Assembly (NCBI GenBank): GCA_020847915.1
Contig: JADLBE010000529.1
Coordinates: forward strand, 21,417 to 85,416
Source of the DNA: Saprospiraceae bacterium
GTDB lineage: Bacteria; Bacteroidota; Bacteroidia; Chitinophagales; Saprospiraceae
Length of the DNA stretch: 64,000 nucleotides
Direction of reading: 5' to 3'
Part shown: piece after piece, positions 35,520 through 45,667 of the stretch
Position numbering within the stretch: position 1 is the stretch's first letter
Layout of the letters: each line of letters begins with the position of its first letter
Translations under genes and position numbers: made by a program
Notes under the pieces: model-generated
Told to the model about the DNA's origin: nothing
Seen by the model: only the letters and a program-made list of their open reading frames with translations
Databases searched by the model: none

Positions 35520-38153
35520 ATGTGCAAACTCAAGCGCAGTCTAATTTATTGCCTGTCCATTTGCTTCTTTTGGGGCAACATGTTGACGGCACAGGTTTCC
35601 GACGATTTTTCCGACGGCGAAATTACGAGCAACCCCGCCTGGTCCGGAGACCTTTCCCATTTTCAGGTAAATTCCTTAAAAAAACTGCAATTAAATGCTC
35701 CGGCCGCCGGCAATTCGGCGGTTGTGGTGCCCCTGGCAATGCCCGACAGCGCAGTTTGGCGGCTCGGGGTGCAACTGGGTTTTGCGCCATCGGCAACCAA
35801 CCGCCTTCGGTTGTACCTTCTGGCTGATGCCCCCGATTTGTCCGTTGCCAACGGGTATTTTTTGGAAATAGGTGAAAACGGCAGCGCCGATGCTTTGAAA
35901 TTGTTCAGGCAGGATGGCGGAACAGCCACGTTGCTGGCCACCGGTACGCCCGGACTCGTAGCTGCCGACACGCTTTCATGCTCGTTGATCATCCGGCGCA
36001 GTGGGCTGGGGGAGTGGTCTGTGGATTTTGAACCTTCCGGTGGACCAACCTACACCTCCGAACTTTTTGCAACGGATGCAACCTACGGTGCGGGCGCCAA
36101 CAGGTACTTCGGTATTGGATGCGTTTACACGGCGACGCGTACCACCAAATTTCATTTTGATAACCTGAGTATCGAAGCGGATTTGCCCGATGTAATGCCG
36201 CCTGTGTTAGAATCGGTTGCTGTTTCTGGACAACAGCAACTTTTACTAACCTTTAATGAGCTGCCCGATACAACGGTGGCCACCGACGAATCCCGTTACA
36301 TTTTGTTGCCCCAAGGCGATATGCCCTTACAAGCCGTCCTTCAGGGCGATGGGAAAACCGTTCAACTGACGTTTAATCAACCTTTTTACACAGGCAGTTA
36401 CACCATCCATTGCGAGGGCATGACCGATCCTTCCGGAAACGTAGCCGCATTACAAACGTTGTCTTTTGACCATGTCGCCGTTGAGAAGGCGGTGGAATAC
36501 GACGTATTGATCAACGAAATCATGGCCGATCCATCACCTTCTGCCGGATTGCCCGAGGTGGAGTGGATTGAGCTTTACAACCGTTCTGCAAAATACCTTG
36601 AACTTTCAAACCTACTTTTGGACGATGGCTCAGGTCCGCTGACTTTGCCTGCCGGCGTACTCACTCCTGGCTCTTTTGTGGTTTTGGCTTCCCCAACAAA
36701 TGCGGCAGTACTGGTTGCCGCGGGTATTCAGGCACTTGCCGTGCCGGGTTTGCCATCTTTGAACAACGACGGAGATTTGATCAGGATCTACCTTGCCGAC
36801 GGCTCCATCATCGACCAGGTGGCTTACACCGGCAGTTGGCACGACGACGCATCCAAACAGGATGGCGGCTGGTCGCTCGAACGCATCGATCCAACCTCAC
36901 CTTGCCTCGGCGCTGCCAACTGGCGTTCCTGTTCCTTGTCCATCGGAGGCGGTACACCGGGGATGGTCAACGCTTCGTTTGATGGTTTTTCCGATACAGT
37001 GCCACCAAAGGCTTTGTCGGTTTTTACAACCTCTACAACCGAACTTTCCCTGCGTTTCAGCGAAGGTCTCGACCAATCTTCAGCTGTGCTTACCGGGCAA
37101 TACGAGCTTGAACCTGCGATGGTCGTGGTGTCGGTTGCTTTATCGGCGGAGGATAAAAGCCAGTTGACCCTGTCCGTGGGTGAAGATCTTCAAACAGGCA
37201 TCGTGTACCGCCTGATCATCCTGAATGGTTTGGTCGACTGCGCTGGAAATGCCTCCCTCGTCTCCGATACCCTTTTGTTTGGATTGCCTGAAAAACCGGA
37301 AGCAGGTGATGTTGTTTTTAGTGAAATCCTGTTTAATCCTCTTTCGGGTGGTTCGGATTATGTGGAGTTGTACAACCGAAGCGAAAAGATTTTCTCCTGG
37401 AACGGCTTTTTTCTGGACAACTCCGGCGATGCCAACGGTGCAACGCCCCTGCACCACGAACGTTTGTTTTTGCCGGGAGATTACATGGCTTTGAGTTCCG
37501 ACCGTTCGTATGTGCTCGACCGGTATGCCAATGTGGATCCAAACCGTCTTTTTGAACAAAACCTGCCTTCTTTACCCGATGAAAAGGGCAACATCGCTTT
37601 GTTGTGGAGCGATGGTTCTGACAACTTGGTTGTGGACGGGTTTGATTACGACGAGGCATACCACAACAACCTGCTTGGCGGCAGCGATCGCGAAGGCGTG
37701 CCGTTGGAGCGGCTTGATATGGAGCAGCAGACCAATCTTGCATCCAACTGGACCTCGGCAGCTCAATTTGTTTCCGGGCTCCCGGGCACACCTACGCAAC
37801 CCAACAGTCAAAAAAGTAGTCCAACTACAAACAGCAACGAACTTGTGGTTTTGCCGGTCAACCGACTGTCACCCGATGGCGACGGCAGGGAGGATTTTTT
37901 GGAAATACAATACAACACCCCCTCCAGTGGATACGCTGCAACCTTGACGGTTTTTGACAGTTGGGGCATACCGGTGCGGCAGCTTATCCGCCAGTCTTTG
38001 GTAAACACAGCCGGGCAATTGCGCTGGGACGGCGATGACGACGCCGGCGCTTTGGTCCGGCCGGGTATTTACGTCTTGTTTATGGAAATTTTTTCACCCG
38101 AAGGAGAGGTGCAAAAAGTGAAAAAAACGGTGGCTGTGGTGGGCAAATTTTGA
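35520..38153 (+). CDS. Lamin-tail-domain secreted protein (mirror copy)
   Basis: Mirror of 25786-28419 with an identical translation. Confidence 0.75.
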   Translation: MCKLKRSLIYCLSICFFWGNMLTAQVSDDFSDGEITSNPAWSGDLSHFQVNSLKKLQLNAPAAGNSAVVVPLAMPDSAVWRLGVQLGFAPSATNRLRLYLLADAPDLSVANGYFLEIGENGSADALKLFRQDGGTATLLATGTPGLVAADTLSCSLIIRRSGLGEWSVDFEPSGGPTYTSELFATDATYGAGANRYFGIGCVYTATRTTKFHFDNLSIEADLPDVMPPVLESVAVSGQQQLLLTFNELPDTTVATDESRYILLPQGDMPLQAVLQGDGKTVQLTFNQPFYTGSYTIHCEGMTDPSGNVAALQTLSFDHVAVEKAVEYDVLINEIMADPSPSAGLPEVEWIELYNRSAKYLELSNLLLDDGSGPLTLPAGVLTPGSFVVLASPTNAAVLVAAGIQALAVPGLPSLNNDGDLIRIYLADGSIIDQVAYTGSWHDDASKQDGGWSLERIDPTSPCLGAANWRSCSLSIGGGTPGMVNASFDGFSDTVPPKALSVFTTSTTELSLRFSEGLDQSSAVLTGQYELEPAMVVVSVALSAEDKSQLTLSVGEDLQTGIVYRLIILNGLVDCAGNASLVSDTLLFGLPEKPEAGDVVFSEILFNPLSGGSDYVELYNRSEKIFSWNGFFLDNSGDANGATPLHHERLFLPGDYMALSSDRSYVLDRYANVDPNRLFEQNLPSLPDEKGNIALLWSDGSDNLVVDGFDYDEAYHNNLLGGSDREGVPLERLDMEQQTNLASNWTSAAQFVSGLPGTPTQPNSQKSSPTTNSNELVVLPVNRLSPDGDGREDFLEIQYNTPSSGYAATLTVFDSWGIPVRQLIRQSLVNTAGQLRWDGDDDAGALVRPGIYVLFMEIFSPEGEVQKVKKTVAVVGKF

Positions 38154-38176
38154 TCCTGATTTTCAGAAATTTTAAA

Positions 38177-39736
38177 ATGATTTTATCAAAAGTGAGAGCA
38201 ACAAACATCTTCTGTTTATTTCTTTTAAACATCACAGCGACCGTTGCACAGGCTCCGAAACCGTTGATGCATTACAAAATCGACCTTTTGACCATCGTAA
38301 ACGATAAGGTGTACGTACAATTGGAAACACCCAAACAGGATAAGGAAGTGATCGATTTTTTGTTTCCCCGCATCGTGCCCGGCATTTACGGTACCATGCA
38401 TTTTGCAGAAAACGTAAACAACCTGAAAGCTTACGATGCCAGCGGCAGGGCGCTTGAGGTGGAACGTCCGGAACCGCACCGTTTCCGAATCCGCAATGCC
38501 GATGAACTGGCACAAATCAGGTACCATGTGGACGATGGCTGGGATGAATTTGACGAAAAATACCGTGAGGGATTTTACCGCTCGGCCGAGAGTTCGTTCC
38601 ATTTCGATTCCTTTGCGGTCATCAACCACAACAGCCTTATCGGGTACTTTGAAGGCCAGTCCAACCTGCCGGTGCAACTGGATGTTTACAGGCCGGGAGA
38701 CTGGTACGGCGCCACAACCCTGCACCGGGGAAAAAGCACGTACAACATGGATGTTTTTCGGGCCGACAGTTACCGGGAACTGGTGGACAACCCCATTCTG
38801 TACACACGCCCCGATACCGTGTGGTTGCACATCGGCGAAACGGATGTTTGTGTTGCTGCTTTTTCCAACACGGGCCAAAAACTGGCGCGAGGTATTGCCA
38901 ACAACATAGAGCCCCTCCTGCGCAACCAGGCTGCTTACCTGGGTGGAAAGCTTCCTGTGGATGCATATTGTTTCATGATGTACCACGCACTGGGCAGCCC
39001 GAACAGTTACTCAGGCGACGGGCTTGAACACGCTACCTCTACCTTATGTCTTTTGCAATGTCCGCTCGATTCGGGTGCTGTGGGCGATTTTGTATACGGA
39101 CTGGCCAGTCATGAGTTTTTCCACATTGTTACCCCCCTGAACATTCACTCCGAAAACATCCAGGAATACGACTTTGTACAGCCCACCATGTCGCGCCATT
39201 TGTGGTTGTACGAAGGCATGACGGAGTACGCCACCATACACATGCCGGTGTGGCAGGGTATGGATGACGGGTTTCGAAGTTTCCTTCAGAAAATTGCTGA
39301 CAAGCTACAACAAATGAGCAAATTCGACGATGCGTTGCCTTTGGAAAAACTTAGTCTTGAGGCCATGGAACGTCAGGATCAGTACTACAACGTATACCTG
39401 AAAGGTACTTTTGTGTGTTTGTTGCTCGACCTGGAACTTCGCCAGCGCTCACATGGCAAATACGGTACAAGGGATCTGATGCGCGATTTGTCGGCCCGTT
39501 ACGGACCCGACAAACCTTTCGTTGATGCAGACCTTTACCAGGTGATTGCCGACATGACCTACCCGGAAATACGCGAATTTTTCAGTCGTTATGTTGAAGG
39601 TTCGGAACGGCTGCCTCTGGAAGAAGCCTTGCTTAAGGCAGGCATCGTGGTCGACAGTCAAAAGTTCAACGTTTCCCTGGTACGCAACCCAACGCCCGAG
39701 CAGGCGCAGCTGAGGAAGTGGTGGATAAATCAGTGA
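38177..39736 (+). CDS. HEXXH zinc metallopeptidase, M61-like (mirror copy)
   Basis: Mirror of 24203-25762 with an identical translation. Confidence 0.7.
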   Translation: MILSKVRATNIFCLFLLNITATVAQAPKPLMHYKIDLLTIVNDKVYVQLETPKQDKEVIDFLFPRIVPGIYGTMHFAENVNNLKAYDASGRALEVERPEPHRFRIRNADELAQIRYHVDDGWDEFDEKYREGFYRSAESSFHFDSFAVINHNSLIGYFEGQSNLPVQLDVYRPGDWYGATTLHRGKSTYNMDVFRADSYRELVDNPILYTRPDTVWLHIGETDVCVAAFSNTGQKLARGIANNIEPLLRNQAAYLGGKLPVDAYCFMMYHALGSPNSYSGDGLEHATSTLCLLQCPLDSGAVGDFVYGLASHEFFHIVTPLNIHSENIQEYDFVQPTMSRHLWLYEGMTEYATIHMPVWQGMDDGFRSFLQKIADKLQQMSKFDDALPLEKLSLEAMERQDQYYNVYLKGTFVCLLLDLELRQRSHGKYGTRDLMRDLSARYGPDKPFVDADLYQVIADMTYPEIREFFSRYVEGSERLPLEEALLKAGIVVDSQKFNVSLVRNPTPEQAQLRKWWINQ

Positions 39737-39763
39737 TCAGTGGTCAGTGGTCACTGACCACTG
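39729..39763. repeat. Heptamer-periodic palindrome (mirror copy)
   Basis: Mirror of 24176-24210. Confidence 0.8.
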
Positions 39764-39767
39764 CCTG

Positions 39768-40442
39768 CTATTTCCTAATCGCTGAAAAAACCAAATTTTC
39801 CAAAAATGCTTCAATGTTGCTGACCTTAGGATCAGTGTTGAAATCCGTAAGGCGAGGGAGGTGTTTCATGAAAAAATACTGAAAGTGTGCAGTTTCAACC
39901 ACCGTACTTGCAAGAGAGTGGGGGTAGGGGTAAGCGGGGTTGTATTCCTGGAAAAGAGTGGCTATGCGGGCGCAAAGGTCTTTGTAAGGCTTAAAAAGTT
40001 GGTTTTTATTGATTTCTTCCACCTCGCGGGTCAGGTAAACCTTGCTGCTTTCGGCAATAACGATGTGGTAAAGAGCTTGTTTGTCGAGCCCGGACTGGTC
40101 CATTTCGTCTGGAAGTTCGTTGACCAGCAGTTCGATTACTTTTTTGATTTTTTGCTCCGGGTCTTGAAGATTTTGCAGGGTAAACACGACCAGATATTCC
40201 AGATAATTCCAATACCAGGTTAAAATGTACAGGAGCAGGCGGTGTTTGTTTTCGAAATAGCGGTAAATGCTGGCTTCGGTAGTGTTGATGGCCTCTGCCA
40301 GCTTTTTAAATGTAAAGTGTTCAAAACCAAGCTGGTGCATAAGGACCAGTCCCTGGCGCACAATGTTGCGGCCCAGCGTGGTGTCTTCCGGATCCCGAAG
40401 CGCCAACCTTTCGCCCGCCTGAATTCTTATCTGGAATTGCAT
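39768..40442 (-). CDS. TetR/AcrR-family regulator (mirror copy)
   Basis: Mirror of 23497-24171 with an identical translation. Confidence 0.88.
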   Translation of the reverse strand: MQFQIRIQAGERLALRDPEDTTLGRNIVRQGLVLMHQLGFEHFTFKKLAEAINTTEASIYRYFENKHRLLLYILTWYWNYLEYLVVFTLQNLQDPEQKIKKVIELLVNELPDEMDQSGLDKQALYHIVIAESSKVYLTREVEEINKNQLFKPYKDLCARIATLFQEYNPAYPYPHSLASTVVETAHFQYFFMKHLPRLTDFNTDPKVSNIEAFLENLVFSAIRK

Positions 40443-40460
40443 GTATTTGCTATTTGAAGT

Positions 40461-40468
40461 CAAAAGTA
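40461..40468 (-). promoter_or_regulatory. -7 promoter box TACTTTTG for tetR-family gene (mirror copy)
   Basis: Mirror of 23471-23478. Confidence 0.4.
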
Positions 40469-40633
40469 ACACAAAAAACGCAATGATAGTTAAACTACTT
40501 TAGGGTCAACCTTGTTTAAGTGAATAATAGTATTACTTTTAAATTCTTTTTTCTCTAAAAGGTAATATTCCCGACAACAGCAACGTTCAGTTTACTGTGG
40601 TCGTTTGATCAATCAACATCCACTTTTGCACCT

Positions 40634-40963
40634 ATGATAAACAACAAATCGCTTCCGGAAATACTTGAATCCCTAACGCAATATGGTTACCGCCTGGCCG
40701 ATACCCGCATCGCTGAACTTTCAAACGATGCCTTGCAGTCGGACGACTGGCGCCTGGACAGGGTGATGCAAATTCGTGGAGATGGAAAAAAAACCATTGT
40801 TTTGGTCATTGCTGTTTCAAGTGTTGTTCGCAACATGAAACTGGTATTTGTAGAAGTTATGGACCCATTGGCGCCTTTTTCGCCGCTCCAACTGGTAAGA
40901 AGGTTGTTCCCGATGGACCGTCGTCCGGGAAGGCAAATCACAGGCGACAGGCAGGTTGCTTAG
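40634..40963 (+). CDS. Hypothetical protein, 109 aa (mirror copy)
   Basis: Mirror of 22976-23305 with an identical translation. Confidence 0.4.
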   Translation: MINNKSLPEILESLTQYGYRLADTRIAELSNDALQSDDWRLDRVMQIRGDGKKTIVLVIAVSSVVRNMKLVFVEVMDPLAPFSPLQLVRRLFPMDRRPGRQITGDRQVA

Positions 40964-40974
40964 AGCATGCTCTT

Positions 40975-41011
40975 AAATAAAAAATGCCCCGGCTGTTGCA
41001 GTCGGAGCATT
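40975..41011 (-). terminator. Rho-independent terminator-like hairpin (mirror copy)
   Basis: Mirror of 22928-22964. Confidence 0.6.
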
Positions 41012-41174
41012 GAATAACAGAAAAACTACCCTTATTCTCTTTTGTCTTGTCTTTTATGTTGTAACCATCATCCTTTGACGGTGTCTGGTTTAACTTTGTT
41101 CTTTCAATGGTTCAAAGATAAAGGCTGTTTTCAGGCTGTACCATGACCTACATCATGCCAAAAGATGTTGTTCA

Positions 41175-42002
41175 TCAGGCATGCTCGTGCAACACGAGCA
41201 TGGGCGTTCGAACACGGTGGGCCAGCTTGCGTGTAACACTGTCGAAGAACAATCGGTGGAGCAGGCTGTGGTCGCGTGCAACTGAAACAAGTGCCTGTGC
41301 ATCAAGGGACTCCATAAAAACGGAAATGGCCTGAGGTACATCGCGATCGTGCAGGTAGTGGAAATCTTTGGGTGTGACACCCAGCTTTTCGATCAGGATT
41401 TTTTCGCGGTTTTTATCCGTATGCTCACCTGGCTTGTCCAGGATATGCACCATGTGTAATTGACTCTTATTAAGCTTGAGCCATTTGTGCAACATCTCCT
41501 TGGAAGCATCGCTGATGCGCATGTTCATATCGGTGGCCATAACCACATTGCGCATGGGGGTATAGGTCGACTTTTTGGGAATGACCAGTACAGGCGTGGG
41601 TGATTTGCCCATAACACCTGCGGCTACACTGCCAAGCAAAACATCACGCATGCCCGTTGCCCCAGTAGTACCCATGATGATCAGGTCGACTTTGTGGTTT
41701 TCTGCCGTTTCACTGATGGACGCAACAGGAAAACCAATTTGTGTCATGGGTGTGATTTTTACTTTTTTGTATTCCGGCTTGCGTTGTTTTCTACGGATCC
41801 AGTCTTTCAAACCCTTTTCACGCTGAACCAGATAATCGTCGGTCCAGAAAGCGTTGTAAACGTTGTTGTCGACGCCTTCGTTCGGAAAAACGACGTGCAA
41901 CACGATCAACTCAGCACCTTGGCGTGATGCCAGTTCCAGGGCGTGTGTCATGGCGTTGGATGCGCATTGCGAAAAATCGGTGGGAAAAAGAATGGTTTTC
42001 AT
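41175..42002 (-). CDS. Universal stress protein, tandem UspA domains (mirror copy)
   Basis: Mirror of 21937-22764 with an identical translation. Confidence 0.88.
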   Translation of the reverse strand: MKTILFPTDFSQCASNAMTHALELASRQGAELIVLHVVFPNEGVDNNVYNAFWTDDYLVQREKGLKDWIRRKQRKPEYKKVKITPMTQIGFPVASISETAENHKVDLIIMGTTGATGMRDVLLGSVAAGVMGKSPTPVLVIPKKSTYTPMRNVVMATDMNMRISDASKEMLHKWLKLNKSQLHMVHILDKPGEHTDKNREKILIEKLGVTPKDFHYLHDRDVPQAISVFMESLDAQALVSVARDHSLLHRLFFDSVTRKLAHRVRTPMLVLHEHA

Positions 42003-42115
42003 GGCCTTGCATTTGAATGGCAGGTAAAAGAAAAAGAAGACGCTATTTACGAAAAACCCAACGTTTCGGGCGTGGTTGCGGAGTTAAGTTTTGGTATAGC
42101 TTAGATTCCAGGCTC

Positions 42116-42526
42116 TTAATCCTTATCCCGATAATCCATTTCATCGGGGGGTAAAAAGTCTACATGTTCGCTCGCGCGCCCTTTGGCGTTTTGTTGTTCG
42201 AGGCTCAGGTCATCGCTTTTGCTGGTTGCAAGCCAGGTGCTTCCCGATTTGCGAAAAACCTGTACATGCAGTCCGAAAAGTTCTTCAAAAAGACGTTCGA
42301 CCTGCCAGGTAGGCATTTCTGGCTCGAGGTAAATGGCTTCAGGCGCATCTATGTTTTCAAGGACAGAAAGCTTCGTGTCCTGGTCTGTGATCATAAATTT
42401 GGCCGGACTTGCTTTGTATGCTTCGTGCGGTTTGGTAAAAAACATCAGATTCAGGTAAGGGAATTGCTGACTGAAAGCGTTTTGAAGTTCGCTGAGCTGC
42501 ATTTCGGGCAATATTGCAAGTTTCAT
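42116..42526 (-). CDS. Hypothetical protein, 136 aa (mirror copy)
   Basis: Mirror of 21413-21823. Confidence 0.5.
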   Translation of the reverse strand: MKLAILPEMQLSELQNAFSQQFPYLNLMFFTKPHEAYKASPAKFMITDQDTKLSVLENIDAPEAIYLEPEMPTWQVERLFEELFGLHVQVFRKSGSTWLATSKSDDLSLEQQNAKGRASEHVDFLPPDEMDYRDKD

Positions 42527-42549
42527 TTTGATGTAGTTTTTGGCAAGTT

Positions 42550-44988
42550 TTAAGATTCCATCAAGCCCATTTTCCAGGCTTTCCAATAGGTCATACCGTA
42601 GCCGAACAGGATGATGCTCACAGAACTCAACGGCATTAAGATGGCTGCTATGACGGGTGATAAGGTGCCCGTTACAGCATAACTCAGGCCAACGACGTTG
42701 TAGGCGCCTGCCAGAAGGTAAGCTCTGTTTACGGTGTTGACACCCCATTTGGCGAGGTCGAAAAAGTCCGGCAAGCGTTCGAATTCATCAGCGTGTACGA
42801 TGGCATCGCAGGCAGGTGTAAAGTTGTTGGTGTTTTCGGCCACCACAATACCGATGTTGCTTTGCTGCAGGGCGCCGGCGTCGTTTAGTCCATCGCCGAA
42901 CATAAGTACGTTGTGTCCGTTTTCACGAAGGCTTTTTACATAGGTCAATTTGTCGCCCGGCGCCTGGTTGAAACGCATGTTTCCTTTAAACATCGGACTG
43001 AGTGCTTTGGCTTCACGGTCGTTGTCACCCGAAAGCAGCGACGCGTCCACATTTTTACCGGCAAAATAACGCAACACGCCGTCCAATCCTTCGCGGTAAC
43101 GGTTGTTGATTTCAAAAAAGCCACGCACTACGCCATCTATTTGAACGAAAACGCCAGGGTTTTCTTTCATTTCGGGAACAACAAAAGCTGCGGAACCAAG
43201 AAGCAATTTTTTGCCTTCAATTTCTGCCTGAATACCTTTGCCGCTGGTTTCTTCAAAGTGGGTCACCTGACCCACCGGAACGTCGCCCATGGATTCAGCG
43301 ATTTGTCTGCTGGCAGGGTGGTTGCTTTGGAACACCAGGGTTTTTACCAGCGCCATTTCACTGTTTTTCAAAACTGGTTGTCCTTCAAGGGGTTTAAACC
43401 GCACGCTGTTGGTGGCAATTTTGGTGATCGTACCCGTTTTATCAAAAACCACCCTGTCGGGGGTATGCAGGTTTTCCAAAACCTGGGTGTTTTTGGCGTA
43501 AAAACGGTTGCGGCCAAGGATACGCAACACGTTGCCCATGGTGAAGGGAATGGATAAGGCCACCGCGCATGGACAAGCGATGATGAGTACGGCGGTAAAG
43601 GCGTTTACGGCCGTGGTGATGTTTTGCGGCGCCCAATACAGGAAAGCAAGGCTGGCTACGCCCAAAATAAGGGTGGTGAAATACCTTCCGGCACGATCGG
43701 CGAGCAGGCTTGCGTGGCTTTTGCTTTTATCTTTAAAAGCGTCGTCGTTCCACAGTTGGGTGAGGTAACTGGTGGAAACTTTGCGGGTAAGGCTGATTTC
43801 TATGGTTTCACCTTGTTGCTTGCCTCCGGCAAACATGCGTTCGCCGCTGTTTACGCTTACGGGCAAAGATTCCCCCGTTACGAAACTGTAATCGATCTGC
43901 GCATTGCCTTTCAGCAAAATACCATCCGCAGGAATGAGTTCACCATGGCGTATGATGATGATGTCGCCTGGCGAAAGTTTTTGAACCGGTATGGTTTGTT
44001 CCTGTCCGCCGGGTTGTTTTACACTTGCCGCCACAGGGAAATAAGAGCGGTAGTCGCGTTCAAATGAAAGGTGGTCGTAGGTTTTGTGCTGAAACCACTT
44101 GCCTGTAAGCAGGAAAAAGATCAATCCGGCGAAAGAATCCATGTAACCGGCTCCATCTCCGCCGATGATTTCCCATGCCGAGCGGCCAAAAAGCATGACC
44201 ATACCCAGGGCCAGAGGAACGTCGATGTTGAGGTGTCCGTGGCGCAGGCCGTTCCAGGCAGAAATGAAATAGTCGCGGGAGCTGTACAACAGTACCGGCA
44301 GCGCAAGGACCAGATTGAGGTATCCGAAAACATTAAAAAACCATGCTTCGTGTTCCTTTTCAAGACCGAGGTATTCCGGGAAGCTCAACAGCATGATGTT
44401 GCCGAAAGCAAAACCTGCAACACCTATTTTGTAGTACAAACTGCGGTCGATGCGTGTTTGGGTTGTGCCTTCTACATCGCCAAGGTTGATCTCGGGCGGG
44501 TAACCCAGGCTATCGAGCAGGGAAGCCAGCTTCCGAAGGTTGGTTACCGACTCGTCGAACTGGATGGTGACCTCTTTTTTGAGAAAATTAACGGACGAGT
44601 GGTGCACGCCTTCATCCAGTTTGTAGAGGTGTTCGAGCAACCAGATGCAGGATGCGCAGTGCATCGTTGGCAGGTAAAATACGACGTGCGTTTGTTGCGC
44701 ATCGGCGTAGCGGATTAGTTTGTCGCGAACTTCTTTGTCGTCGAGCCAGGCGTATGCACGTGCATCACGCCGGTTTTTCAGCGACAGGCCCGGTTGATCG
44801 TCGAGCCTGTAATACTGACACATGTCGTTCTCGTTGAGGATCTGGTAAACGAGTTGACAACCTTCACAACAAAAGTATTTGTCCTCCAGGTGTAATTTAT
44901 CGTTTGGACAAACGTCGTGGCAATGGTAACAGGCCAACTGAGCATCTGGCGCAGGTTTGGCGGGAGACAGGGCAGTCGTATGCTTCAT
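42550..44988 (-). CDS. ccoI: Copper-translocating P1B-type ATPase, CcoI/FixI-like (mirror copy)
   Basis: Mirror of 18951-21389 with an identical translation. Confidence 0.85.
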   Translation of the reverse strand: MKHTTALSPAKPAPDAQLACYHCHDVCPNDKLHLEDKYFCCEGCQLVYQILNENDMCQYYRLDDQPGLSLKNRRDARAYAWLDDKEVRDKLIRYADAQQTHVVFYLPTMHCASCIWLLEHLYKLDEGVHHSSVNFLKKEVTIQFDESVTNLRKLASLLDSLGYPPEINLGDVEGTTQTRIDRSLYYKIGVAGFAFGNIMLLSFPEYLGLEKEHEAWFFNVFGYLNLVLALPVLLYSSRDYFISAWNGLRHGHLNIDVPLALGMVMLFGRSAWEIIGGDGAGYMDSFAGLIFFLLTGKWFQHKTYDHLSFERDYRSYFPVAASVKQPGGQEQTIPVQKLSPGDIIIIRHGELIPADGILLKGNAQIDYSFVTGESLPVSVNSGERMFAGGKQQGETIEISLTRKVSTSYLTQLWNDDAFKDKSKSHASLLADRAGRYFTTLILGVASLAFLYWAPQNITTAVNAFTAVLIIACPCAVALSIPFTMGNVLRILGRNRFYAKNTQVLENLHTPDRVVFDKTGTITKIATNSVRFKPLEGQPVLKNSEMALVKTLVFQSNHPASRQIAESMGDVPVGQVTHFEETSGKGIQAEIEGKKLLLGSAAFVVPEMKENPGVFVQIDGVVRGFFEINNRYREGLDGVLRYFAGKNVDASLLSGDNDREAKALSPMFKGNMRFNQAPGDKLTYVKSLRENGHNVLMFGDGLNDAGALQQSNIGIVVAENTNNFTPACDAIVHADEFERLPDFFDLAKWGVNTVNRAYLLAGAYNVVGLSYAVTGTLSPVIAAILMPLSSVSIILFGYGMTYWKAWKMGLMES

Positions 44989-45101
44989 AGATGAGTTGAA
45001 TTCGGATGTAAAATTGGCCGGTTTGACAGCATTTTAGGCATGAGCAAGGTCAGCGGGAGGTCTGACACTTGTCACCAAAATGGTTTTTTAACCTGTCTTC
45101 T

Positions 45102-45115
45102 TTGAAAAGTACCAC
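45102..45115 (+). promoter_or_regulatory. TTGAAAAGTACCAC motif upstream of trx (mirror copy)
   Basis: Mirror of 18824-18837. It ends 79 nt before the ATG at 45194. Confidence 0.45.
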
Positions 45116-45193
45116 AAAGTCGCTGTGCTGTCCTACCCGGGATTTTCACCAAAGCTTCAACTTTGTGCCCTGTTTAAACTAAAAAATAAAGTT

Positions 45194-45499
45194 ATGACCT
45201 TTACACAATTGATCAGTTCCGACAAACCAGTGCTCGTAGACTTCTTCGCCGAATGGTGTGGTCCGTGCAAAGCCATGGCGCCCATTCTTGAAGATGTAAA
45301 ACGCCGTATGGGCGAATCCGCTACCATATACAAGGTGGATGTTGACAAAAATCCGATGGTTGCCTCCGCATTCAACGTGCGTTCTATCCCGACCCTGATC
45401 GTATTCCAGAACGGCAAACCGCAGTGGCGCAAAACAGGCATGGCATCGGCCATTGAATTGCAACGTGTTATGGATGAGTTGGTGAAAAAAGAAGCTTGA
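45194..45499 (+). CDS. trxA: Thioredoxin (mirror copy)
   Basis: Mirror of 18440-18745. Confidence 0.92.
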   Translation: MTFTQLISSDKPVLVDFFAEWCGPCKAMAPILEDVKRRMGESATIYKVDVDKNPMVASAFNVRSIPTLIVFQNGKPQWRKTGMASAIELQRVMDELVKKEA

Positions 45500-45579
45500 T
45501 GTAATCAACATCAATGTTGGATACAAACCCAACATTCTGAAGGACAAAACGTAGGGTTGCTGTGTTTTTTACCTTTTCG

Positions 45580-45593
45580 TTGAAAAGTACCAC
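45580..45593 (+). promoter_or_regulatory. TTGAAAAGTACCAC motif upstream of sqr (mirror copy)
   Basis: Mirror of 18346-18359. It ends 75 nt before the ATG at 45668. Confidence 0.45.
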
Positions 45594-45667
45594 GCATAAG
45601 GTGATTATGAATAACGTTGCAAAGGTAACCTTGCCCACCTTTGAGCCATCAATTCAATGATCGACTT